A DNA stretch of 64,000 nucleotides, taken from the NCBI GenBank assembly GCA_963845065.1, contig CAWJQQ010000001.1, positions 800,001 to 864,000 of the forward strand. Reading direction: 5' to 3'. The first letter of the stretch is position 1. Each line of letters starts with the position of its first letter. This DNA comes from Nitrospirota bacterium (GTDB taxonomy: Bacteria; Nitrospirota; UBA9217). The position numbers were made by a program, and so were the translations under genes. Below, one piece after another: positions 42,083 to 53,275 of this stretch. Below the pieces are notes generated by a model. It made no database searches. It was not told where the DNA came from and saw only the letters and a list, made by a program, of their open reading frames with translations.

Positions 42083-43082
42083 TAAAGATATCAACAAGCG
42101 GCGCATAAAAGCAGCACGTAAGAAACTGGAGAAACGTAAAGCAAAGGCGTTGGCTCAACGCATACAACTGCAAGTCCAAGTGCGCTATAGGCCGGGCATC
42201 ACGGAAATGGGCGCGCCGGAGGGGTTCCGCGCCATCGGCATGGCCCAGGCGATAATGGAATACGGAAAGCCACTCAATGAGTATCTTGGCCGGGAGCCGC
42301 AGGGAACGGATGATCTGAACAAGCTAATGCGTGTATCCATGCTGCTTTGGAACCACTCATTAGAGGATGAACAGGGAGAAACTGAAAAAGCAGGCAAGGC
42401 CGAGGTCGTCAATGTACTTTCAGAGACGTTTAGACTCGGCAGGGCTGAGGCCGAAGAACTTCGCGCCAAAATGGTCGCTCGCCGAAGCCAGCTTTTCCCT
42501 CCTGATAAGCAACCGTTGGAACGAACAACGCCCTTTATGATCATGCGAAAGGAGACCTTGGCAGAGATCAAACCTTTTGCTTATGAAAGAATGAAATATA
42601 CTGAAGAGTGTATAGCGCCCGGACCGGAGGATCAATCGCTCATCGAAAAGATCTCGAAGCTGGACCGTTACATGGAAGAAGAAGCAGATTATGGGATGTA
42701 TGAAAAACTGCTCACTGAAACGAAAGACCTTGCGGAAAAACGCTACAGACAATGGCTTGCCGACCGTGGAATTCCATCAGAATATCATGAATTGGCGGGA
42801 TGTCTTCACATTTATTTCGATTTCGTTTATGGCTATATGCACGATGACGTCGTGACGTTGAAAACGATCACGCTCAACTACCTGACGGAGTTTTTCGAGG
42901 ATTTCTTATTAAGGAAGGTGTATGGTCCACCCCAGGAGTACCTAGACTGGCCTCCGGCGATCAAGCTGTTCTATCTCTTCTTGAAAGACAAGAGATATCT
43001 GGAGGATATTGCTTCCATCACATTGATGATCAACGCTCAGGAACTGCAATTCATTGATATTCTCAAAAAGCAGTTTTCTTGA
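42072..43082 (+). CDS. Hypothetical helical protein
   Basis: ~336-aa ORF; C-terminal FFEDFLLRKV...AIKLFYLFL resembles an integrase SAM-like helical domain. Confidence 0.65.
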   Translation: MTNNKDINKRRIKAARKKLEKRKAKALAQRIQLQVQVRYRPGITEMGAPEGFRAIGMAQAIMEYGKPLNEYLGREPQGTDDLNKLMRVSMLLWNHSLEDEQGETEKAGKAEVVNVLSETFRLGRAEAEELRAKMVARRSQLFPPDKQPLERTTPFMIMRKETLAEIKPFAYERMKYTEECIAPGPEDQSLIEKISKLDRYMEEEADYGMYEKLLTETKDLAEKRYRQWLADRGIPSEYHELAGCLHIYFDFVYGYMHDDVVTLKTITLNYLTEFFEDFLLRKVYGPPQEYLDWPPAIKLFYLFLKDKRYLEDIASITLMINAQELQFIDILKKQFS

Positions 43083-43332
43083 TATTCATCGATCCTACAT
43101 GACTCTTGTGGTTATAATATTCAAATGCATTGGTCCGTTCGGTATTGGACAGTGATTGTCCATTTCTGGCATCAACTCCGATTTTTTGGACAGTACGGAG
43201 AACAAATTCATTTGTATCATTGCATTTTTGATGTAGTTTTGTGACAATAGAACTTCTGAGTGCAGGCGCAACTTGGCTTATCACCGTCAAGTTGGAGTCT
43301 CATATGCGTTAGATTCATCCGTGTGGTATTCG

Positions 43333-43851
43333 ATGAAAGAAACAGTAATCAATATACCTCTTCGAACCGGCAAGCCTGAAAACTGCATAGTCTGCAACAA
43401 TGCCCTTCATAAAAAGAGCGAATATTACTGCAGCGAAAAATGCGCGGCAATTTACCAAGTTACCCATGAGAAGGAAATTCCACCATTTTTGTCTAAGTGG
43501 AAAATCAGAAAAAAGAAGGCAATAGAAGACCCCTTTATTGAGATGCGCACAAGAGCAAGGCGCACTACGCAGAATTTAGTGCAGACAGGTAAACTGGAGA
43601 TAAAACCATGCGTCGTTTGCGGTAATGTCGAGGTCATTGCCCATCATGAAGATTACTCAAGGCCAAATGATGTGATTTGGATATGCAAAATTCATCACAC
43701 GGCATACCATGAGGGTGAAATAGGTCTCTTCAAAAATAAACTTTGGTGGAATCCGAAAAGGCTGATTCCCCGCAGGATGAGAAATCAAGAATTGCCAAAG
43801 AAATACTTACAGCAAATGGAACAGTTCAAAATAAAGAAGCGCCAAAGGTAA
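43333..43851 (+). CDS. Zinc-finger + HNH-like protein
   Basis: CIVC...YCSEKC; CVVCG...AHHEDY...WICKIHH. Confidence 0.65.
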   Translation: MKETVINIPLRTGKPENCIVCNNALHKKSEYYCSEKCAAIYQVTHEKEIPPFLSKWKIRKKKAIEDPFIEMRTRARRTTQNLVQTGKLEIKPCVVCGNVEVIAHHEDYSRPNDVIWICKIHHTAYHEGEIGLFKNKLWWNPKRLIPRRMRNQELPKKYLQQMEQFKIKKRQR

Positions 43852-43863
43852 TCGACGCAATGA

Positions 43864-43920
43864 TTCTAGCCTGTGCGCCTACAGCGACGCGCCATGCGGC
43901 GCGTCAGACGCACGTTCATA
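43864..43920 (+). other. Degenerate attC-like site
   Basis: TTCTAGC...GACGCGCC-atgc-GGCGCGTC-AGACGCAC-GTTCATA, right after a stop codon. Confidence 0.4.
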
Positions 43921-44217
43921 TGTAATTATCAACCTGTATTCTGCATAGATTATCTGTCAACACGAGTGCACACTAGTAGGTGTATCAGATTCCTGTTTGA
44001 TATTTTTGAGAAGCAATAATTCTTCCTGAACAGTGCACTTCGCACGGGATTGCCAGGAATGTAACTTTCATGTCGAGGTTTATCTACTGCTAGTAATTCA
44101 TCCATTACCATCAACGGTTAAATGTAACACAATATTTCGCTGATTTTGGTATCATAAACTCATGGCGTACACATATTGCCAACGTTAAAAAAACACACTA
44201 AGGATGATTTGGTAAGA

Positions 44218-45096
44218 ATGAATAGAAAAACCGTATCTCTGGTTCTTGGAAGTGGCGGTGCCCGGGGTTTAGCACACATTGGCGTTATTCACTGGCTTGA
44301 AAAGCATGATTACAACATACGCTCTATTGCCGGTTCCTCGATTGGTGCGCTCATCGGGGGGATATATGCGGCAGGAAAACTGGATGAATATGAACAATGG
44401 GTGCGTGCTATAAAGAAGATCGACATCGTCACATTGCTGGATCTTTCCTGGGGAAAGAGCGGGCTGGTCAAAGGCGACAAAATTATCAACACTCTGGTCG
44501 ATCTCGTGGGAGAGCAACTAATTGAAAATCTGCCGATTCAATATACCGCTGTTGCTACTGACCTTAAGAACCAGAAGGAAATATGGATGAAGTCAGGCAA
44601 GCTTTTTGATGCGATAAGGGCTTCCATGTCAATCCCACTTTTTTTTACTCCTTTTAAGGACAGAGGAGCCGTTCTTATCGACGGAGGAATATTAAATCCT
44701 GTGCCTGTGGCCCCGACGATCGGTGACGGTACTGATATGACCATTGCGGTAAATTTGGGCGGCTCCGCAGATAGTATGGAACAACCGGGTGGCGAGAGTC
44801 CTGCCCCTGTGTCCCATTCATCGTTGTTGCATGAAAAGATTAGTCGTTTTATAAACCACCAGAGATCCGTGACAAATATCACAGAACGGGATTGGGGGGG
44901 GTACGATATCGCCATTCAGGCCTTCGAAGCTATGCAGAACACCATCGCACGTCAAAAGCTTGCTGCTTATCCACCAGACATTGTTATAGATATTGCTCGG
45001 AACGCATGCCGATCATTGGAGTATGATCGGGCGTCCGAGATGATCGATTTAGGATATAAAAAGGCGGAGAAGTACCTGTCTCAGGCTGCCCGGTAA
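44218..45096 (+). CDS. Patatin-like phospholipase
   Basis: GSGGARG, GSSIG, DGG motifs. Confidence 0.93.
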   Translation: MNRKTVSLVLGSGGARGLAHIGVIHWLEKHDYNIRSIAGSSIGALIGGIYAAGKLDEYEQWVRAIKKIDIVTLLDLSWGKSGLVKGDKIINTLVDLVGEQLIENLPIQYTAVATDLKNQKEIWMKSGKLFDAIRASMSIPLFFTPFKDRGAVLIDGGILNPVPVAPTIGDGTDMTIAVNLGGSADSMEQPGGESPAPVSHSSLLHEKISRFINHQRSVTNITERDWGGYDIAIQAFEAMQNTIARQKLAAYPPDIVIDIARNACRSLEYDRASEMIDLGYKKAEKYLSQAAR

Positions 45097-45111
45097 ATGC
45101 GAAACGATGGG

Positions 45112-45178
45112 CACTAACATCGTGCTGCAGCGGAGCGCCAATTTTAGTAACGGCCGCTGATCTTGATACTCGTTCAGG
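45112..45178 (+). other. Degenerate attC-like site
   Basis: CACTAAC...GCTGCAGCGG...CCGCTGA...GTTCAGG, 15 bp after the patatin stop. Confidence 0.45.
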
Positions 45179-45399
45179 TATAAGATACAAACTTATATTT
45201 TGTGGATCTCGCGTATTGAGCGCTGTTGCAATCTTGCAGGTGTCGTTAATGCCGGTAGCACTTTAGTTTTATTGACAAGCTCGTCAGGCGGAGATCTATT
45301 TATATTACTTGGCAACTTTTTCTGTTCAACCTTGCGCCTGCGTATTGAAAAGCTAACCGACTATATCGTATTTTCATTGGAAAGGTCCGACAGACTCCT

Positions 45400-46842
45400 A
45401 TGGCCCCTCAAGGACACAAATCCGAGCTCATGAACCTTCAGCTTATAATTGACTCGACTCCCGCTCTGATCCACAGCGGCCCGCCTGACGGCCGTCTCGA
45501 TTTTTTCAATCAATGTTGGCTGGACTTCGTCGGTCTTTCGTTGGAGCACCTGCTGGGCTGGAAATGGACGGCTTCAATTCATCCTGAAGACGTTGAAGCG
45601 TTCGTGGAAAAGTCGCGCGCGGCCCTTGAGGCAGGGGAGCCTTTCGAAGGAGAAGCACGCGTCTGGCGGGCGGATGGGGTATATCGCTGGATGCTCCACC
45701 GCAGCGTGCCTCTCCGTGACGGACAGGGAAACATCGTAAGATGGTATGGATCCAGTATAGATATCGAGGACCTCAAGCGGACCGAAGATTCCCTCCAAAG
45801 GGCTTTTGACGAAATTAATAAATTGAAGGACCAACTCCAGAGAGAGAACATCGTGTTGCGCGAAGAAGTTGACAGAGCATCGATGTTCGAGGAGATCGTA
45901 GGCGCGTCACCGGCACTGAAAGCCGTGCTTGCGCGTGTCGTTAAGGTAGCGCCCACGGATTCAACCATCTTCATCACCGGCGAAACCGGCACGGGAAAGG
46001 AACTCATCGCCCGAGCCATCCACAAACGGTCGCAGCGCTCCTCACGGGCCTTTGTGAGTGTGAATTGTGCCGCAATTCCCGTATCGTTGATCGCCTCGGA
46101 ACTGTTCGGTCATGAGAAGGGAGCCTTCACCGGAGCCCTCCAGCGGCGCCTCGGCCGCTTCGAGTTGGCGGAAGACGGGACGATCTTCCTGGATGAAATC
46201 GGGGAGCTGCCGGCCGAGACCCAGATAGCGCTCCTCCGTGTGCTGCAGGAGCACGAATTCGAGCGTGTGGGAGGGAATCAAGCGATCCGGACCAACGTGC
46301 GGGTCATTACCGCCACCAATCGTGATTTGAAGGCCGCCATTGAAGCCGGCATCTTTCGGCGCGATCTGTTTTATCGGCTCAATGTATTTCCCATTGAAAT
46401 GCCTCCTCTTCGCGAACGAAAAGAGGACATCCCCCTGCTGGTCGAGTATTTCATTAATCGATATGCCAGTAAAACGGGGAAGGAAATACGGAGCATCAAC
46501 AAAAAGACCATGGATCTGTTTCAGTCGTACCCCTGGCCGGGCAACATTCGAGAGCTGCAGAATGTGATCGAACGGTCGGTTATCATCTGTGACACGAAGA
46601 TCTTCTCAGTCGATGAGAGTTGGCTCGTTCGGGAGTCTTGTGAGACTCAGCCGGCAAGCCAGCCGCTCACCGACAAGCTTGTGACTCACGAAAAAGAGAT
46701 GATTGAGGCTGCCCTGGCTGAAAGCAGAGGCCGAGTGTCTGGACCGTTGGGTGCGGCCGCTAGGCTCGGTATTCCGCCCTCGACTCTGGAATCGAAGATC
46801 AGATCCCTCAAGATCAACAAACATCGCTTCAAACCCGCATAG
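45400..46842 (+). CDS. PAS-domain sigma54 enhancer-binding protein (FhlA-like)
   Basis: PAS_3; GETGTGKE, GAFTGA, FLDEIGE, DLFYRLNV, WPGNIREL; C-terminal HTH. Confidence 0.95.
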   Translation: MAPQGHKSELMNLQLIIDSTPALIHSGPPDGRLDFFNQCWLDFVGLSLEHLLGWKWTASIHPEDVEAFVEKSRAALEAGEPFEGEARVWRADGVYRWMLHRSVPLRDGQGNIVRWYGSSIDIEDLKRTEDSLQRAFDEINKLKDQLQRENIVLREEVDRASMFEEIVGASPALKAVLARVVKVAPTDSTIFITGETGTGKELIARAIHKRSQRSSRAFVSVNCAAIPVSLIASELFGHEKGAFTGALQRRLGRFELAEDGTIFLDEIGELPAETQIALLRVLQEHEFERVGGNQAIRTNVRVITATNRDLKAAIEAGIFRRDLFYRLNVFPIEMPPLRERKEDIPLLVEYFINRYASKTGKEIRSINKKTMDLFQSYPWPGNIRELQNVIERSVIICDTKIFSVDESWLVRESCETQPASQPLTDKLVTHEKEMIEAALAESRGRVSGPLGAAARLGIPPSTLESKIRSLKINKHRFKPA

Positions 46843-46957
46843 TAACTGCAATACCCTCTCCCTGAAAATCCTGATCATTTTTCGTGAACTCTCGCTAATT
46901 CTCGAAGACTCGCGACTTTGTAATTCGTGCCCTCAAGTATTTTCAACGGATTACGCT

Positions 46958-46973
46958 TGGCATTCGCATTGCA
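46958..46973 (+). promoter_or_regulatory. Sigma54 -24/-12 promoter
   Basis: TGGCATTCGCATTGCA (GG-N10-GC) directly downstream of the EBP gene. Confidence 0.8.
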
Positions 46974-47023
46974 ATATAGCCTTGCATAAAACTTGGAAGG
47001 ATAGTGGTTTCAACAAGGAATCT

Positions 47024-47293
47024 ATGACCTTGAAAATTCAGAAATCGGCGCAGGGGGAAGTCGTGGTCTTTACTCTGAGTGGTCGAATCAGGGAGGAAGA
47101 GGTCGCAGAGCTGCAAAGACTCTTCGAAGTCGAAGGACAAGACCACCGCATCGTTCTGGAGTTGAAAGAAGTCAAGCTTGTGGATCGAGACACAGTAAAA
47201 TTTCTGGCTCGCTGCGAAGCGAAGGGCACCCGGCTCGAGAATTGCCCGGCATATATCCGCGAGTGGATTGAAAGAGAAGGACCACGACGGTAG
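47024..47293 (+). CDS. STAS-like small protein
   Basis: VFTLSGRI...IVLELKEVKLVD...LENCPAYIREWI. Confidence 0.75.
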   Translation: MTLKIQKSAQGEVVVFTLSGRIREEEVAELQRLFEVEGQDHRIVLELKEVKLVDRDTVKFLARCEAKGTRLENCPAYIREWIEREGPRR

Positions 47294-47422
47294 TCTCTGT
47301 CGGCGCTAAACAGTAATAAGGTTTCTAGCGTGCAGGCAATTCAAAAAATTGCATTACGCAGATTTCAAGGAACGCAGTTAGTACTTCTGGAGCATTATCA
47401 CATCTGAAAGGAGAAGAAAAAC

Positions 47423-48028
47423 ATGAAAGCGCAATGCACCACAGACGTATTTCTGAAAGGAGAAGAAAACATGAAAGCACAGAGCACCACAGACGTATTA
47501 AAGGGAGTCACGGGGATGTCCATCGGATGGGCCGTTATGATGATCGTGTTGGGATTCCTGGCTGTTGCTCTGCCCCTTGCCACGGGCATTGGCGTCTCCA
47601 TTTTGGTCGGTTGGATCGTCGTCTTCGGTGGTTTCACCTATGCGGCCTATGCCTTTGCCGCTCAAGGCGCCGGGGCCTTTCTCTGGCGAATGCTGATAGG
47701 GATAGTCTACGTCGCCAGCGGTTTCTATCTGGTATTCCATCCGGCGCTCGCATTGACGTCTCTCACAATAGTGCTGGCTGCCATATTGGTAGCGGAAGGC
47801 GTGCTGCAGATGATCGTGTTTTTCCAGTTCCGCTCCCTGCCGGGTTCCGGATGGGTCCTCTTTGACGGCATAACGACCCTGCTTCTGGGATTCTTTATCG
47901 GGTACCCCTGGCCGCTCAGTTCAGGGTGGGCGCTTGGAACCCTTGTGGGTATTAACCTCCTCGTGAGCGGTTTTACCCGGCTGATGTACTCGGTGGCAGC
48001 CAGAAGGGTACTGAAGGCGACGGCCTGA
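47423..48028 (+). CDS. HdeD/DUF308 family membrane protein (alternative start 47471)
   Basis: 6 TM helices; GWVLFDG...WP...WALGTLVGINLL..G. Confidence 0.85.
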   Translation: MKAQCTTDVFLKGEENMKAQSTTDVLKGVTGMSIGWAVMMIVLGFLAVALPLATGIGVSILVGWIVVFGGFTYAAYAFAAQGAGAFLWRMLIGIVYVASGFYLVFHPALALTSLTIVLAAILVAEGVLQMIVFFQFRSLPGSGWVLFDGITTLLLGFFIGYPWPLSSGWALGTLVGINLLVSGFTRLMYSVAARRVLKATA

Positions 48029-48132
48029 TAACAGAAAGCGCGACTACTCGTGATTGCGATACCGGAAGATCGCACTCCGGGTCGCAATTGAAAGATTATC
48101 AAATATGATTCAAATATGAAAGGAGAATTGCT

Positions 48133-48933
48133 ATGGACAAGATGATTGTAGTCGTATTCGACAGCGAAAAGAAGGCGTACGAGGGCTCTAAAGCCCTCAG
48201 GGAATTGCATGCAGATGGGAGTATTACACTTTACGCTATGGGCGTGATCGCGAAGGACGCCGGCGGGAAGGTGACAGTCAAAGAGGCTGTTGATGAGGGT
48301 CCCCTCGGAACGGCCGTAGGGTTGGCCACCGGGAGTTTGATCGGCCTGCTTGGTGGGCCCATAGGTGTCGCGATCGGCGCTGGCGCCGGGACGTTTGGGG
48401 GTATACTTTACGATCTGGCTGCCGTCGGGGTTGGCGAGGACTTCCTGGCCGAGGTCGGGGGACGCCTGCAGCCTGGCAAGGCGGCCGTTGTCGCCGAAGT
48501 CGGGGAGGATTGGTCGACGCCGGTCGATACCCGCATGGAGGCCGCGGGCGGTGTCGTCTTGCGCCGGGGACTCGGGGAAGTTCAGGACGCCCTGATCGAA
48601 AGGGACGCCGATGCACTCGAGGCCGAGATCGCTCAACTGAAAGCCGAATATGCTCAGGCGACCTGGCAAGCCAAGGCCAAGCTCCAGGCGAAGATCGACG
48701 AAGCCAAGGCCAAGCTGCAAGCCACACATGACCGCGCCGAGGCGGCGTTTGAGGCCGCGAAACAAAAGATGGAAACGAAGATCAAGTCCCTCGAGGAACA
48801 GTCGGCCAAGGCGAAGGGTGACGCGAAGGCCAAGATCGACGCGCGCATTGCCGGGGTGCGGTCTGAGTACGAGTGGCGCTCTGACAAACTGAAGCAAGCC
48901 TGGGAACTCACCAAGCAGGCGCTGGCAGCATGA
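48133..48933 (+). CDS. DUF1269-family protein with C-terminal coiled coil
   Basis: IVVVFD...glycine zipper G.LIGLLGGPIG...GVGEDFL...LQPGKAAVVA. Confidence 0.8.
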   Translation: MDKMIVVVFDSEKKAYEGSKALRELHADGSITLYAMGVIAKDAGGKVTVKEAVDEGPLGTAVGLATGSLIGLLGGPIGVAIGAGAGTFGGILYDLAAVGVGEDFLAEVGGRLQPGKAAVVAEVGEDWSTPVDTRMEAAGGVVLRRGLGEVQDALIERDADALEAEIAQLKAEYAQATWQAKAKLQAKIDEAKAKLQATHDRAEAAFEAAKQKMETKIKSLEEQSAKAKGDAKAKIDARIAGVRSEYEWRSDKLKQAWELTKQALAA

Positions 48934-48954
48934 ACTGGATGGATGAGGTGGACC

Positions 48955-50904
48955 ATGAACGAACCTAAATTGTCACCAAGAAAAAACGACCGCGATTATG
49001 AAAAGAAGCACCAGGAGCAAAGTCGGCGCCAGTTTCGTTTCGGCATCAGCTACTTGATCACGAGCCTGATTCTCTTGTGGATGTTCCAGGTATTTGTTTT
49101 GACTCCCCGACACGACGAAATTCCTTACAGCGAGTTCAAGAAAAAACTGGCTGCCGCTCAAATCGCAAAGGTAACCATCGGCGAAAGGGGCATCGTTGGC
49201 GAGATGAAAAACCCCAAGTCGGACGGATCTCCTCCGGTCGTCCCATTCAATACAGTACCTGCTCCTGCCGGCGACCCCAGGCTGATTGAAGAGTTACAAA
49301 ACGCAAATGTTACTTACCGCTTCGAGCCCCCGCCGAACCCCCTGGGCGGTATTTTGTTGAACCTTCTGCCGGTCGCACTACTCGGCGGTTTCTGGTATAT
49401 GGCCTATCGGCGGGCGGGCGGGGCCGCCGGCGCAGGACAGGGCGGCATCTTTGGGATCGGGAAGAGCAAAGCGACAGAGGTCAGGCCCGAGGACGTTACG
49501 GTCACATTCAAGGATGTGGGCGGGGCGGATGAAGCCATTGCCGAGCTCCAGGAGATCATCGAGTTCTTGAAGGCGCCCGAGCAATTCTTTCAACTCGGTG
49601 GCCATATCCCCAAGGGCGTGTTGCTCGTCGGGCCCCCGGGCACCGGCAAGACACTGCTGGCCAAGGCCACGGCCGGCCAGGCCCACGTTTCGTTCTTCGA
49701 GACCAGTGGCTCCGAATTCGTTGAGATGTTCGTGGGAGTCGGCGCAGCGCGTGTACGAGACCTGTTCGAGCAGGCGCACAAGGCAGCTCCTGCTATCATT
49801 TTCATTGACGAGATTGATGCCATTGGTCAGAGCCGGGGAGGTGTTATACGCATGGGTGGCAACGACGAGCGTGAGCAGACCCTCAACCAGTTGCTCGCCG
49901 AGATTGACGGCTTTAAAACCGACTCCAGCGCCCCAGTGATCATCATGGCTGCCACCAACCGTCCGGAGGTGCTCGACACGGCACTGCTGCGTGCGGGCCG
50001 TTTTGACCGCCAGATCGCCAATGGCAATCCGGACCTCGTTGGCAGGGTCCAAATACTGAGGATTCATTGTAAGAATGTAAAGCTTGCGGCGGACTTTGAC
50101 TTGGAGCGGGCCGCCCGGATGACAGCGGGCTTCAGCGGCGCTGATCTGGCTAATGCCATGAATGAGGCGGCATTACTCGCTGCCCGGCACAAGGCCGCGG
50201 CAGTTACGTTGAATGATTTCGAGGCTGCTATCGAACGGGTGATTGCGGGTTCCGAGAAAAAGAGTCGGGTAATGAACGTGCAGGAACGAAACACGGTTGC
50301 ATACCACGAGTCAGGACATGCGCTGGTGGCTGAACTGGTGCCGCATGGCGAACCGGTCAGCAAGATCAGCATCGTTCCACACAGCCGTGGCGCCTTGGGC
50401 TACACGATGCAAATGCCGACCGAAGACCGCTATCTGCTCACGATCGACGAACTGAAGGACAGGATCGCCGTTATGCTGGGGGGGCGCGCCGCCGAGATGG
50501 TGCAGTTCGCGACTATCAGCACCGGGGCCAGTGACGACATTATGCGGGCAACCGAGTTGGCCCGCCGTATGATCACGGAATTTGGCATGAGTGAAAAGCT
50601 CGGCTCGGTGCGCTACGCAGGTCAACAGCTCCAATACCTGGGCGGATCAGTTGAGGACAGTAGCCAGATCAGTCAAGAGACTCGTCAGGTGATCGATGCG
50701 GAAGTCCGGCGCCTAGTGACCGAACAGTACGACCGTGCCCAAGCGCTGCTGAAGGACCACCACACGGCCCTTATAACACTGGCTCGGCAACTGCTGAAGC
50801 AAGAGACGGTGAGCGGCAACGTCGTGAAAGAGGCACTGGAGAATAGTCCGAATCCGGAATCTTCTGCAGATGGCGCCCAAGTGCAGGGTCAAGCCTGGAG
50901 ATGA
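48955..50904 (+). CDS. ftsH: ATP-dependent zinc metalloprotease FtsH (island copy)
   Basis: 2 TM helices, [32 protein letters not shown]. Confidence 0.95.
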   Translation: MNEPKLSPRKNDRDYEKKHQEQSRRQFRFGISYLITSLILLWMFQVFVLTPRHDEIPYSEFKKKLAAAQIAKVTIGERGIVGEMKNPKSDGSPPVVPFNTVPAPAGDPRLIEELQNANVTYRFEPPPNPLGGILLNLLPVALLGGFWYMAYRRAGGAAGAGQGGIFGIGKSKATEVRPEDVTVTFKDVGGADEAIAELQEIIEFLKAPEQFFQLGGHIPKGVLLVGPPGTGKTLLAKATAGQAHVSFFETSGSEFVEMFVGVGAARVRDLFEQAHKAAPAIIFIDEIDAIGQSRGGVIRMGGNDEREQTLNQLLAEIDGFKTDSSAPVIIMAATNRPEVLDTALLRAGRFDRQIANGNPDLVGRVQILRIHCKNVKLAADFDLERAARMTAGFSGADLANAMNEAALLAARHKAAAVTLNDFEAAIERVIAGSEKKSRVMNVQERNTVAYHESGHALVAELVPHGEPVSKISIVPHSRGALGYTMQMPTEDRYLLTIDELKDRIAVMLGGRAAEMVQFATISTGASDDIMRATELARRMITEFGMSEKLGSVRYAGQQLQYLGGSVEDSSQISQETRQVIDAEVRRLVTEQYDRAQALLKDHHTALITLARQLLKQETVSGNVVKEALENSPNPESSADGAQVQGQAWR

Positions 50905-51020
50905 GCGGTTAAGTTCGTGGCGGATCGCGTTGTCGGACAAATGAACTGCAGGTATGGCCTTGGCCACGCACTCGGTCGATGTCCCATTACAGGAGCCCGC
51001 TTTTTAGGAGTCGTTAATAC

Positions 51021-52690
51021 ATGAAACTTGCCGGAGTAACACGATTGGATCGCAACGTCCGCCGGGCAGGCGAAATCATCGGTGTGGTGGCCAAGTACGG
51101 CCTGGCCGATTGGGTCAAGGACCTGGATGTTCCCGTGGGTCCAGGATCGCATTCGGAGCGCTGACGGCCAGCACATCCCCGACCTCAAAATCGAGGAGCG
51201 CGTGCGTCTGGCCTTCACCGAACTCGGCACCACCTTCATCAAGCTTGGCCAGATGCTCAGCACGCGGCCCGACCTTGTCGGCCCTGAGATGGCCGGGGAA
51301 CTGGCCCACCTGCAAACCGCCACCCCGGCCGATCCGCCCGCCACGGTCCGGGCCACGATGGAAGCCGAGTTCGGCAAACCGCTGAACGAGCTGTTTGCGC
51401 ATTTCAAAGAAGAGCCCTTGCCTCGGCCTCCATCGCCCAGGTCCATCCGGCCCGGCTGCACTCGGGCGAGCACGTCGTCGTCAAAGTCCAGCACGCCGGC
51501 ATTGAGGACAAGATCATGCCCGACCTCGATATCCTCGCCGGCCTGGCCGAGTTGGCGGAAAAGCACTCTTCCCGAGCTGCGTCCCTACCAGCCCGAAGCG
51601 GTCGTCCGGCAGTTCCGCCGCACCCTCCTGCGCGAGTTGGATTTCACCGTCGAACGCCGCAATCTCGAGGAGTTCGCGAAACATTTCGCCCAGGACGACA
51701 CCGTCCATTTCCCCCGCGCTTACGCGCCGTTCTCGACGCGCCGTGTCCTGACGATGGAACGGCTGGACGGCATCCTCGGCACCGACTCCGCGGCGCTCGC
51801 CGCCTCGGGCGCTGACCTCAATGAATTCGCCCGCCGCGGCGCCACTATGTATCTCCAGATGATTTTCCGCGATGCGTTCTACCATGCCGACCCGCATCCC
51901 GGCAACCTGATGCTCCTGCCCGGCGGTGTGGTCGGGGTGCTTGACTGCGGCATGGTCGGACGCCTGGATGAAGAACTGGCGGAAGGCCTTGATGAAATGC
52001 TCATGGCCGTCGTGAACCACAACTCGGCGGACCTGCGGGAAGCACTCCTTCGCCTCGGCTCCGCGCCGCCCGCCACGCCCCGCGACGCAATTGCGCGCCG
52101 ACCTCACCGATTTCGTCGCCGACTACGTTGGCCAGTCCATCCAGGACATGGACCTGAGCGGGGCGATGAACAGACCTGTTTGAAATCATCCGGCGCTACA
52201 ACATCACGTTGCCGCCCCAGCTTTCGCTGCTGCTGCGCACGCTGGTCGAGTTGGAGGGGACCGCCCAGCGGTTGAGTCCTGAGTTCAGCCTCGCCGAAGT
52301 GTTCCGCCCGTTTTACAACACGATGGTCCGCAAGCGGCTCTCTGTCCGGCGTATCCTGGGCCGGCTTCAGCACGCTTATCGCGACTGGGAGCGGCTCGCG
52401 TGCAGTCCTTGCCGCGCGACCTGGGCGACGTTCTCAAGCGCGTGCGCGACGGCACCTTCTCCGTCCACCTGTACCACCGTCATATCGACCCGGCGATCAA
52501 CCGACTGGTGCTCGGCGTGATGACCGCCGCGCTGTTTGTCGGTTCCTCCCTGCTCTGGAGCATGAAAGCGTCGCCGACGATCAAGGGCGTTTCGGTATTC
52601 GGAGGGGTCGGGTACTTCGTAGCGGCTTATTTCAGTTGGCGCCTGCTGCGCGCCATCAAAAAGTCCGGGGACATCAATCCGAATAAATAG
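51021..52690 (+). pseudogene. AarF/UbiB (ABC1) kinase, multiply frameshifted
   Basis: LGTTFIKLGQ, ASIAQVH, VKVQ, ELDF, YHADPHPGN, LDCGMVG spread across changing frames. Confidence 0.85.
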
Positions 52691-52779
52691 ACACACCTGG
52701 AGGAGAAGTGGTCATACGGCAAGTTCCTCTTTTTACTTGCTTAAATTCGGACTGAATATATCACCGGGAGGTAAAACTT

Positions 52780-53069
52780 ATGAAGATGTTTGTCATTGTA
52801 TATTCGCGGTGGCTGGACAAGAACGTGATCGAGGCCGTTACAAAAAGCGGCGTTAAGGCATATACCAAGTGGAGTAACGTTTCAGGTTGCGGCACTGAAA
52901 CTGAGCCTAAAATGGGATCATGCCCTGGTTCGGGCAAAACGATATCCTGACTGTCGTTATTAACACCGAAGAGGCCGCCATGGTCAAAGAGGCCGTAATG
53001 AATTTAAGGAAAGATCATCCGCGGGCGGGCGTGAGATGCTTCGTAGTGCCCGTGGAGGAAATGATATAA
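52780..53069 (+). pseudogene. P-II-like small protein, frameshifted
   Basis: AYTKWSNVSGCGTETEPKMG, frameshift, ...CFVVPVEEMI*; SD GGGAGG. Confidence 0.6.
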
Positions 53070-53275
53070 GCCGGCAGCGGCTGACAATCGGAAATGGAGG
53101 CGACAACGCGTTCCGAAACACGAATGAGGAAACAGAGAGCATCGTTAGGAGAGGTATGATACATCGGTACCATTATGAACGCCATGAGTTTATGATACCC
53201 ATATCAGAAATAACCGGATAACACTGCAACCGGAAATTCGTAGTTCTCAAGAAGGACTCTACAGGAACCGATCAA

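Noticed and set aside
44218..45096. Patatin as a CBASS effector
   Set aside because: No CD-NTase nearby; the sequence resembles generic RssA/NTE-type patatins.
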